Origin: Wigglesworthia glossinidia endosymbiont of Glossina brevipalpis
GTDB taxonomy: Bacteria > Pseudomonadota > Gammaproteobacteria > Enterobacterales > Enterobacteriaceae
Direction: 5' to 3'
NCBI GenBank assembly: GCA_000008885.1
Contig: BA000021.3
Location: 30,001-62,000, forward strand
DNA length: 32,000 bases
This document shows positions 25,040 through 32,000 of this stretch, piece after piece. Within the stretch, counting starts at the first letter, position 1, and each line of letters starts with the position of its first letter. The notes under the pieces were generated by a model. The model was given only the letters and a program-made list of their open reading frames with translations, was not told the origin of the DNA and made no database searches. A program made the translations under genes and the position numbers.

Positions 25040-25815
25040 CAAAAAAAATTATATATGTATTTAAAAGTATTAAATATTAAATCTGTAGATAGTTTTTGAA
25101 AGTTATTTAATATAATATAAATAGATAATAATCCTATTAGTAAAGTTAAAGAAAACCCAATAACAAAAATAGAAAATTGCGGAGTAAATCTATTTAAAAT
25201 ACCAAATAAAATATTCAAAGACAACAACATAGTAATTGAAGGAATGGATAAAAATAATCCGTTAGCAAAAATTATTCCAGAAAAGTTTATAATAGAAAAA
25301 AATATTTCGTCATTGAATTTAAAATTAATTCCTATGGGAATTAATTTAAAACTATTAAACAATATATCTAACACAGTTAGATGAGCATCAAAAGATAGAA
25401 AAATTAAAATTAAAATTAAATTAAAAAATCTAGAAATAATTGGGGAATTAGGCCCGCTTATGTGATCAAAAAAAACTGCAAAAGATAAACCCATTTGTAA
25501 ACCAATTAGTTCTCCAGAAAATTTAATGCTACAAAAAGATAATTGTAAAATTAAACCAATAAAAAATCCTATGATTATTTGTATTATTAAAACATAAAAA
25601 CCTTCTATTGATATAATACTAATATTATTTAAAGGTAATTCTTGAGAAACAAGAAAAGAAAATAAAACAGAAATTAAAATTTTAATTTTTCTTGGAATTA
25701 CTTTTTCGTTAAACACCGGAGCACTTATAAACAATCCATTTACACGAGCTATTGCCCATATATTTTGATTTATCCAATCAAGTAAAATATTAATGGAAAA
25801 ATCAATCATACTCAC
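25039..25815 (-). CDS. fliR: flagellar export gate protein FliR
   Basis: 258-aa polytopic membrane ORF following fliQ with a 4-nt overlap. Its size and position match E. coli FliR (261 aa), and FliR-like segments are present (ARV.GLF..AP.F......P...K, ...GE.IG.QMGLSFA..FD). Confidence 0.9.
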   Translation of the reverse strand: MSMIDFSINILLDWINQNIWAIARVNGLFISAPVFNEKVIPRKIKILISVLFSFLVSQELPLNNISIISIEGFYVLIIQIIIGFFIGLILQLSFCSIKFSGELIGLQMGLSFAVFFDHISGPNSPIISRFFNLILILIFLSFDAHLTVLDILFNSFKLIPIGINFKFNDEIFFSIINFSGIIFANGLFLSIPSITMLLSLNILFGILNRFTPQFSIFVIGFSLTLLIGLLSIYIILNNFQKLSTDLIFNTFKYIYNFF

Positions 25816-26084
25816 GATCCTAACATGAAAGGAATTTGATTTAACAAAGATACCATATATTCAACAAATGTACGCAACATCCATGATCCAAAAATTAATA
25901 TAGTAATTATAACTGATAGTATTTTTGGAATAAAAGATAATGTCATTTCGTTAATCTGAGTTGAAGCTTGTAAAATGCTAATTATTAAACCAGTAATCAT
26001 TGCTGCTAATAAAGGAATAGCAGAAATTTTTATAGCCATTTTAATTGCATTAAAACCTAATAAAATAACTGTTTCTGATGTCAT
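25812..26084 (-). CDS. fliQ: flagellar export gate protein FliQ
   Basis: 90 aa with two TM segments: MTSETV......A.K.....S.P.L.AA...GL.ISILQA.TQI.E.TLSF.PK......... The length (E. coli 89 aa) and position between fliP and fliR both fit. Confidence 0.93.
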   Translation of the reverse strand: MTSETVILLGFNAIKMAIKISAIPLLAAMITGLIISILQASTQINEMTLSFIPKILSVIITILIFGSWMLRTFVEYMVSLLNQIPFMLGS

Positions 26085-26093
26085 TTTTTAAAA

Positions 26094-26885
26094 TTAATTT
26101 ATTGTAAAACTTTGAACTAAAGATCCCAATAATATTTGCCATCCATCTGCCATTACAAATAACATTAACTTAAAAGGAAGAGATACTGTAGTAGGAGGCA
26201 ACATCATCATTCCAAGAGCCATTAATATACTTGCTACTACCATATCAATAATAAGAAACGGGATAAATAATGTAAATCCAATTTGAAAAGCTGTTTTAAG
26301 TTCGCTTGTAACGAATGCAGGTATTAAAATTTTTATTGGTACTTCCTTTGGGCTATTTATTTCATTTGTTTTGCTTATTTTAGAATAAAAAGCTAAATCT
26401 TTTTCTCTAGTTTGAGAAATCATAAATTCTTTAATTGGTTGTTCTGCATATATAATTGCTTTTTGTAAATTTATTTTGTTTTGATAAAATGGGAGATAAG
26501 AATCATAATATATCTTTTCTAAAACAGGAGACATTATAAAAATAGTTAAACATAAAGATAACCCTATTAAAATTTGATTAGGAGGAGCAGTGGGAGTGCC
26601 AAGAGCATTTCTTAGTATACTTAGAACAATAATAATTCTAGTAAAGCTTGACATTAATAATATTAATGCAGGAATAAATGTTAAAGATGTTAAAAATAAT
26701 AATGTTTGTACTGGAAGAGATAACTTGATATCTTCTAAAGAATTTAATTTTTGAGAATCAATAGGTATTGTTTCTGAAACTGAATATACAGGGAAATAAA
26801 ATAATATTAAAATTAAAATAACAAAAATTTTTTTAAAATATTTTTTTGTTAAACTAAAAAAAGTAAAAAAAATATTAATATACAT
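26094..26885 (-). CDS. fliP: flagellar export gate protein FliP
   Basis: 263 aa: [64 protein letters not shown] ... [47 protein letters not shown]...[21 protein letters not shown], near-identical in motif order to E. coli FliP. Confidence 0.96.
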   Translation of the reverse strand: MYINIFFTFFSLTKKYFKKIFVILILILFYFPVYSVSETIPIDSQKLNSLEDIKLSLPVQTLLFLTSLTFIPALILLMSSFTRIIIVLSILRNALGTPTAPPNQILIGLSLCLTIFIMSPVLEKIYYDSYLPFYQNKINLQKAIIYAEQPIKEFMISQTREKDLAFYSKISKTNEINSPKEVPIKILIPAFVTSELKTAFQIGFTLFIPFLIIDMVVASILMALGMMMLPPTTVSLPFKLMLFVMADGWQILLGSLVQSFTIN

Positions 26886-26894
26886 TTAATTTCC

Positions 26895-27224
26895 TTAAAT
26901 AACATTTTTAATGTTATTTGATTTAATTTTTATGTTTTTATCTTTCAAATTAGATAAAGTACATAAATAATTAATATGATTAGGAGTTATTCCTAATAAA
27001 ATACAATCTTGACCTACTTGAACAACTATAATTTTACCTTTATCTCCTAAAATTAAACTGTTTTTAATTTCAATTAATGGAATCTTATTATTAAATTTTT
27101 TTAAAAATCCAAAATGTTTAATTAATTTAATTAAAAAGTAAATAATACAAAAAAATAAAATTAAAATAACTGTAATGTTAGAAAATTTTTCAGAAAAATT
27201 TTTAAAAATATAATTTTCAATCAT
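26895..27224 (-). CDS. fliO: flagellar export-gate assembly protein FliO
   Basis: 109 aa with a single N-terminal TM segment. The C-terminus LILGDKGKIIVVQVGQDCILLGITPNHINYLCTL compares with the E. coli FliO core (LSLG.RE.LVVVEV.D.WLLLGVT.Q.IN.LHTL). It overlaps fliN by 4 nt. Confidence 0.85.
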   Translation of the reverse strand: MIENYIFKNFSEKFSNITVILILFFCIIYFLIKLIKHFGFLKKFNNKIPLIEIKNSLILGDKGKIIVVQVGQDCILLGITPNHINYLCTLSNLKDKNIKIKSNNIKNVI

Positions 27225-27628
27225 CTGTTTAGCCGTCTTATGCGTTCTTCCGGAGTGATTATATCTAAAATTTTTATTCCATATCTTTCTTTCATAACAA
27301 CAACCTCTCCTCTTGCTACAAGATAATCATTTATTAAAATATCTAGTGGTTCTCCTATTTCTCCATCTAAAGTTACAATAGAATCTCTTTTCAAGAGCAA
27401 AAGATCTCTAATAGTCATTTTAGTTCTTCCAAGCTCAATGGTCATTTTAATAGGAATATCTAAAATTAGATTAATATCTTCAGATAATTTTTTATTTTTT
27501 ATTTTTGATGAATCTATCTCTTTTATTTCTTCTGAATTTGCTTTTAATTCTTTTATTTCATCATCATTGTTTAAATCTTCTACTGAATCATTTTTAATTT
27601 TTTCTGGTTCTTTTTTTATATCATTCAT
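27221..27628 (-). CDS. fliN: flagellar C-ring / switch protein FliN
   Basis: 135 aa. The C-terminal SpoA domain LILDIPIKMTIELGRTKMTIRDLLLLKRDSIVTLDGEIGEPLDILINDYLVARGEVVVMKERYGIKILDIITPEERIRRLNR compares with E. coli LIMDIPVKLTVELGRTRMTIKELLRLTQGSVVALDGLAGEPLDILINGYLIAQGEVVVVADKYGVRITDIITPSERMRRLSR. Confidence 0.96.
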   Translation of the reverse strand: MNDIKKEPEKIKNDSVEDLNNDDEIKELKANSEEIKEIDSSKIKNKKLSEDINLILDIPIKMTIELGRTKMTIRDLLLLKRDSIVTLDGEIGEPLDILINDYLVARGEVVVMKERYGIKILDIITPEERIRRLNR

Positions 27629-27632
27629 TTAT

Positions 27633-28592
27633 TTATCCTTTATCTATTTTGTTTATATAAGAATTTATTATATTTTCAACACGTAACGCATAGTGTCCAT
27701 TCAAACTACCATAAGAACCAGAAAAAACAGGAATACAATCAACATATGCTGTAAGTTTTTTTGTTTTTACAATAGGAATAATTTCTCCTTTGTTTAAATT
27801 AATAAGATCAGAAACGCAAATAGATAAATCGGCAAATTTTACTTGAATTAATAATTTACTTGATTTAATTTCGTTAACAAGTTTATTTTTCCATTTGTTT
27901 TGTTCTTTTTCTTTATTATTTGATAATTTTTTTTCATAAAATAAATTTTCGTTTTCTACAGAAAATGTAGAAAAAATTATAAAAAAATTAATTTTTAAAT
28001 TTTTATAATGAAAATTAAATTTAGAAATAAATATTTTTTCATTTTTATCAAAATTTATTAATTGAATACATGTATCTGATGTTACAAGCTCTAAATTTAT
28101 AGAATTTATATTATCTTTTAAAGACTTTTGATAACAATTAATAATTAATTTGTTTAAAATATCAATTATTCTTTTTTCTGAAATAGAAAATTCATTTAAA
28201 TTTTTTCTACCAAATGAATTTCCAGTACCTCCAAAAAAAATATCTAAAATTATAGAAACAAATTCTGTAGTTAAAATGATAACTAAATCATTTTTAAATA
28301 GATTAGTTTTTATTAAATTTATACTAACCAATGTATTAAAATCTTTTATAAAATCACAATACTTTTGTGTATAAATTTCTTTAGAAGTTATATCTATAGG
28401 TTCTTTTATATAATTTGTTATTTCCTTTTTAATATATCCTGTAAATTTTTGATTAACATTGTTTAATTTTTCTATAATACTTTTATTGCATTCTTTTGAT
28501 TTATTTTTATTTAAAAAAATATTTTTACTAATTTCTGAAAAATTATTTTTTTTTTCATTATTTATTTCAACATCATAATTTTTATTAGACAT
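27633..28592 (-). CDS. fliM: flagellar C-ring / switch protein FliM (N-terminal CheY-P docking motif not recognisable)
   Basis: 319 aa. The middle domain IILDIFFGGTGN (E. coli AVDNLFGGDGR) and the C-terminal SpoA-like segment are recognisable: VKFADLSICVSDLINLNKGEIIPI.K......AYVDCIPVFSGSYGSLNGHYALRVENIIN vs ANFADISLRLSQILKLNPGDVLPIEKPDRIIAHVDGVPVLTSQYGTLNGQYALRIEHLIN. The N-terminal ~60 aa are N/K-rich and unalignable. Confidence 0.9.
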   Translation of the reverse strand: MSNKNYDVEINNEKKNNFSEISKNIFLNKNKSKECNKSIIEKLNNVNQKFTGYIKKEITNYIKEPIDITSKEIYTQKYCDFIKDFNTLVSINLIKTNLFKNDLVIILTTEFVSIILDIFFGGTGNSFGRKNLNEFSISEKRIIDILNKLIINCYQKSLKDNINSINLELVTSDTCIQLINFDKNEKIFISKFNFHYKNLKINFFIIFSTFSVENENLFYEKKLSNNKEKEQNKWKNKLVNEIKSSKLLIQVKFADLSICVSDLINLNKGEIIPIVKTKKLTAYVDCIPVFSGSYGSLNGHYALRVENIINSYINKIDKG

Positions 28593-28598
28593 ATCAAA

Positions 28599-29087
28599 TT
28601 ACCTTATAATAAATGAATTAAAAAAAACATCATTAACCATAGGATTTTGATCATCAATAGATTGTTTGTTTAGTTCCTTTTTTATTTCTTTTAACAAAAC
28701 ATTTTTTCCTTCTGAAGAAGATAAAGAAGATGGAGTCTGTTGAGATAACAATAAAATTAGTTGGTTTCTTAATTCAGGCAATTTACTTTCTAGTAATTCT
28801 TTAATTGATTCATTTTTTAATCTAAGAGTTAATCCTATATACAGCATACTGCCATATTCTCCGTCTTCTGGTTGAAGACTAACAGTAAAAGCATCTAAAG
28901 GAAAATAAATATTAGATACAGAATTTTCTAATTGAGGGCTTTCTATTGTCGGAGAATTAGGAATAGATTTTTCTTCAATTGCCCATGGTTTGAAATAAAA
29001 TACTCCTGAAATTATTGCAATTAATAATCCAATAATAATTGTTATTACTATTGGGTTTTTAATAAAATTAATTTTATTATTCAACAC
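28599..29087 (-). CDS. fliL: flagellar basal-body-associated protein FliL (GTG start in ORF track)
   Basis: 162 aa with a single TM segment near the N-terminus. YFPLDAFTVSLQPEDGEYGSMLYIGLTLRLKNES....L.SKLPELRNQLILLLSQQ....L.S.EGKN.L..EIK..L compares with E. coli [53 protein letters not shown]. The C-terminus FFNSFIIR compares with YTTFILR. AGGAAA is the SD. Confidence 0.9.
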   Translation of the reverse strand: MLNNKINFIKNPIVITIIIGLLIAIISGVFYFKPWAIEEKSIPNSPTIESPQLENSVSNIYFPLDAFTVSLQPEDGEYGSMLYIGLTLRLKNESIKELLESKLPELRNQLILLLSQQTPSSLSSSEGKNVLLKEIKKELNKQSIDDQNPMVNDVFFNSFIIR

Positions 29088-29148
29088 TTTATTGTTTCCT
29101 ATGTCTAAATATTTAAAATTGAAAAATTTTTAAAAAATAGTTATTAAT

Positions 29149-30384
29149 TTATACATAAATATCTATTATTTTTTGTAAATTATTTAAGTTATATTGTGTG
29201 TATTTTGAATAATTTTTTTTATTTAAAATATTATTTTTGTCAAAAATATTTTTTTCTTTATTTTTTTCTTTTTCAGAAAATTCATCATTACTTTCATTAT
29301 ATATATAATATAAATTTTTTTTATGATTATAATCATAAAAACTGTTTTGTTTATTATCATTTAAATTTACATCAACATAATTATTAAAACTAGTTTCATT
29401 CAAAATGATACCATTTTCTAATAATGTTTTTTTAAGATCTTTTATAGAATTTTCTAAAATATTTTTTATTTCTAAATTGTCTAAAAAAAAACAAATATTA
29501 ATTTTATTTGAATCATATTTCAAAGAAATTTTTATATTGCCTAAATTCTCTGGATAAACTTTTAATTTTGCATAAAACACTCCTTTATTTTTAAATAAAG
29601 AAATTTTTTCACTTAATTTTTGTACTAAAATTTTATCAGATTCAATATTATCTGAATAATTCTTGGAAATTTCTTTGTTTTTATAATCTCTATCAATATG
29701 TTTGCTTATTTGTAAATTATCATAAAAATATTCATTTTTTTCTGTATTTTTTTCTAAAATAGAATCAGAACATTTGATATTTTTATTTATTGAATAATTT
29801 TTAAAAAAACTTTCTTCTTTAATAGAATTATTATTTACGTCATTAAATTTTTTTTCATCTGTTAAAAAATCTAATTTATCTTTTTTTAAATCAAGATCTT
29901 TATCAGTAAATTTTTTATCAATCAAGATATTATTTAATGAAAAACTTTTATTTATAGATTTGTCAAATTCAAAAACTTTTTTTTCATTAAATAAAAAAAT
30001 ATTTTCTATAAATTCAAAAATTTTATTTAAATTAATATTTTTTTTATCAAAATTAAATTTTTTATTTTCTTTTATATTTTTATCAAAAAATTTTGATTTA
30101 TCAATAAATTTAATGAATTCATAAAAATCATATTTAATATCATCAGATATATCATTTATCTCTTTATATCCTTCTAATTTGTTTTGAGCATTTTTATCCA
30201 TTTCATTTTTTTTAAAAATTGTTTCTATTTTATATTTTAATTCATCAATTGAATTTAAATTTTCTGATTTAATTAAAATATTATTTAAAATATTTAAAAA
30301 ATTTGAATCAAAAAATAAATTATTATTATATTGAAATTCATTTTTCACATTATTTTGATAATTATCATCGTCAATGAGTATCAC
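29149..30384 (-). CDS. fliK: flagellar hook-length control protein FliK (highly divergent, N/K/D-rich)
   Basis: 411 aa. Only the C-terminal switch (T3S4-type) segment is alignable: AKLKVYPENLGNIKISLKYDSNKINICFFLDNLEIKNILENSIKDLKKTLLENGIILNE vs E. coli [57 protein letters not shown]. The position between fliJ and fliL fits. The GTG start overlaps the fliJ TGA (GTGA). Confidence 0.8.
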   Translation of the reverse strand: MILIDDDNYQNNVKNEFQYNNNLFFDSNFLNILNNILIKSENLNSIDELKYKIETIFKKNEMDKNAQNKLEGYKEINDISDDIKYDFYEFIKFIDKSKFFDKNIKENKKFNFDKKNINLNKIFEFIENIFLFNEKKVFEFDKSINKSFSLNNILIDKKFTDKDLDLKKDKLDFLTDEKKFNDVNNNSIKEESFFKNYSINKNIKCSDSILEKNTEKNEYFYDNLQISKHIDRDYKNKEISKNYSDNIESDKILVQKLSEKISLFKNKGVFYAKLKVYPENLGNIKISLKYDSNKINICFFLDNLEIKNILENSIKDLKKTLLENGIILNETSFNNYVDVNLNDNKQNSFYDYNHKKNLYYIYNESNDEFSEKEKNKEKNIFDKNNILNKKNYSKYTQYNLNNLQKIIDIYV

Positions 30385-30833
30385 GATTTAATGCCTCTTA
30401 TGTACATTTTTGAAGATATTTCATCCATTTGTTTTTGTAAAATACGATTTTTCAAAGTACGTTTATTTATTTTATGTCTAATTTTTAATATATCAAATGC
30501 ATTTAATTTTTTTTTCTCTTTTTTCCAATTATTTAATTCTATATTTAATTTTATTTTACTTTTTTTTACTTGTTCTTTATGATGATTTATTAAATTATAT
30601 AAACATGTAATAAAAGATTGGTAATTAGTCCAAACATTAATATCTATAGATCTTATTTTCATTTTTTTTTTCAAAAAATTTCTATATTCTCTTTCGTAAT
30701 ATATTATTTTATTTAATTTTTCTAATTCTAATTGATATATAAATCTAGCTTTTTTCAATTTATACGATGATTTAATAAAATATAAATTAGAATATTTATT
30801 TAAAATATTAATAGTAAATTCTGAAGTAACCAT
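30381..30833 (-). CDS. fliJ: flagellar export ATPase stalk / chaperone-escort protein FliJ
   Basis: 150-aa coiled-coil protein. L.KLNKIIYYEREYRNFL...M.....I.VWTNYQSFI..L...I..HKEQV...K.K....LN.WKKEKKKLNAF..L compares with E. coli [73 protein letters not shown]. Confidence 0.88.
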   Translation of the reverse strand: MVTSEFTINILNKYSNLYFIKSSYKLKKARFIYQLELEKLNKIIYYEREYRNFLKKKMKIRSIDINVWTNYQSFITCLYNLINHHKEQVKKSKIKLNIELNNWKKEKKKLNAFDILKIRHKINKRTLKNRILQKQMDEISSKMYIRGIKS

Positions 30834-30837
30834 ATGT

Positions 30838-32000
30838 TTATATGTTAAAGTTATTAGAGCACAAATTATTTAACTGTAAGCATGATTCTTCATATGAACA
30901 ACTTTGGTTCAAATCCTGTTTTAGATACTTTTCTATTTTAGGATAATTTTTTATTGCTATATCTAAAATCGGATCGCTACCAGAAGAATATGCTCCAACT
31001 GATAATAAATCTCTATTTTTTTGATAACTAGAAATTAACTGTTTTACTTTTTGTACGCACTTAAAATGACTTTCTGTTACTATATTAGACATAGTTCTAC
31101 TTATAGAAGATTCTATATCTATAGAAGGATAATGACCTGATTCTGATAAAAATCTAGACAAAACTATATGACCGTCTAAAATTGATCTAGAAGAATCTGC
31201 AATAGGATCTTGTTGATCATCTCCTTCAGTTAATACAGTGTAAAAAGCTGTGATTGATCCTTTATTATCTGTTCCATTTCCTGTTCTTTCTACTAATTCT
31301 GATAATTTTGCAAATACAGAAGGAGGATACCCTTTTGTTGCTGGAGGTTCCCCTATTGCTAAACTTATTTCCCTTTGAGCCATTGCATATCTAGTTAAAG
31401 AATCCATTATTAAAAGCACATGCTTGCCTTTATCTCTAAAATATTCTGCGATTCTAGTTGCATAAATAGCTCCTTGTATTCTCAACATAGGCGAAACATC
31501 TGCAGGAGCAGCTATTACTACAGATCTAGATATTCCTTTTTCTCCAAGAATATTTTCAATAAAATCTTTTACTTCTCTTCCTCGTTCTCCAATTAGGCCT
31601 ACCACTATAATATCTGCTTTAGTGTATTTTGCCATCATTCCTAAAAGGATACTTTTTCCTACTCCAGACCCAGAAAAAATACCCATTCTTTGCCCTATTC
31701 CTACTGTTAATAATCCATTTATTGCTCTTACCCCTACGTCTAAAACTTTTTTTATAGGATCTCTCAACAAAGGATTTATTGGTTTTGTATATAAAGATTT
31801 TTTTTTATATGTTTTAGGAACAGGTAATTTATCTAAAAATTTTCCTGAGCTGTTTAAAACTCTTCCCAACAAAGAATATCCAATTGGTAATAGTCTAGTA
31901 GATATTTTACTATTGTATAAATCTTGAGAATGTACTCTTGCTCCTGGACATATTCCATCTACTCCTTCTAAAGGCATTAAAAACAAATTTTGACCATTAA
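30838..32000 (-). CDS. fliI: flagellar type III export ATPase FliI (5' end beyond the right edge of the window)
   Basis: The frame stays open upstream of the ORF-track TTG (31986) to the window end. ...[22 protein letters not shown] aligns with E. coli FliI residues ~74-95 ([22 protein letters not shown]). Walker A is [41 protein letters not shown] and the Walker B region [37 protein letters not shown] are present, followed by [47 protein letters not shown]. Confidence 0.96.
   Translation of the reverse strand, partial: NGQNLFLMPLEGVDGICPGARVHSQDLYNSKISTRLLPIGYSLLGRVLNSSGKFLDKLPVPKTYKKKSLYTKPINPLLRDPIKKVLDVGVRAINGLLTVGIGQRMGIFSGSGVGKSILLGMMAKYTKADIIVVGLIGERGREVKDFIENILGEKGISRSVVIAAPADVSPMLRIQGAIYATRIAEYFRDKGKHVLLIMDSLTRYAMAQREISLAIGEPPATKGYPPSVFAKLSELVERTGNGTDNKGSITAFYTVLTEGDDQQDPIADSSRSILDGHIVLSRFLSESGHYPSIDIESSISRTMSNIVTESHFKCVQKVKQLISSYQKNRDLLSVGAYSSGSDPILDIAIKNYPKIEKYLKQDLNQSCSYEESCLQLNNLCSNNFNI

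Noticed and set aside
27825-27832. GCCGATTT on the minus strand within fliM, upstream of fliN
   Set aside because: The -35 region at the correct spacing reads ATTAATTC (about 3/8 matches), so it is not a credible sigma-28 promoter.
5281-31927. Remaining short antisense ORFs in the track: 5281-5511, 9416-9601, 10181-10363, 11151-11405, 13945-14178, 21603-21791, 27438-27686, 28150-28374, 29196-29387, 30331-30582, 31622-31927
   Set aside because: Each is nested antisense within a gene whose sense frame aligns end-to-end with a known protein (fusA, motA, motB, flhB, flhA, flgI, fliN/M, fliK/J, fliI). None has a recognisable domain or ribosome-binding site.
1-32000. Search for CRISPR arrays, IS or transposase genes, integrases, prophage genes, toxin-antitoxin or defence systems, and tRNA/rRNA/other structured RNA genes
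   Set aside because: There are no spaced direct-repeat arrays. Every ORF of 100 aa or more is accounted for by a housekeeping or flagellar orthologue. No GC-rich 70-120-nt islets typical of tRNA or other structured RNAs occur in the spacers. Nothing supports a novel or mobile system in this window.

Overview
This is an extremely AT-rich, tightly packed window from a reduced gamma-proteobacterial (Enterobacterales-derived) endosymbiont genome. Coding regions are only modestly GC-poor. Two long spacers are about 5% and 8% G+C by my hand counts. Gene content fits Wigglesworthia glossinidia much better than Buchnera, which from established knowledge lacks flhDC and motAB. That content is intact flhDC and motAB, complete flg/flh sets and fliI-R, and no che genes.

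The left 7.2 kb is housekeeping. It holds carB' <- carA <- dapB in E. coli order but fused with 9-10 nt gaps, a YdiK-like AI-2E/PerM-family permease, and rpsL-rpsG-fusA (a str operon with no tufA after it). From 7981 to the right edge there is one uninterrupted ~24 kb flagellar supercluster of 29 genes: flhDC-motAB-flhBA (+), flgN and flgA (-), flgBCDEFGHIJKL (+), fliRQPONMLKJI (-). fliI runs off the edge.

I found no rRNA or tRNA genes, CRISPR arrays, IS or transposase genes, prophage genes or defence genes. I do not see a genuinely new gene system here, and the flagellar regulon of this symbiont lineage is already known in outline.

What deserves a second look is how the regulon has been reductively rewired:
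- The whole che cassette is cleanly excised between motB and flhB.
- The FliM N-terminal CheY-P docking peptide has decayed.
- FlgJ is cut down to its rod-binding domain, with no muramidase domain.
- The flgM and flhE slots are empty.
- A near-consensus sigma-28 promoter is preserved inside the flhC coding sequence.
- A candidate FlhD4C2 box lies in the flgA/flgB divergent region.
- Several perfect palindromes and direct repeats are present.
- Two unexplained ultra-AT spacers of 744 and 822 bp sit in an otherwise overlap-dense genome.

All homology statements come from aligning the ORF translations by eye against E. coli/Salmonella orthologues recalled from memory. No searches were run.
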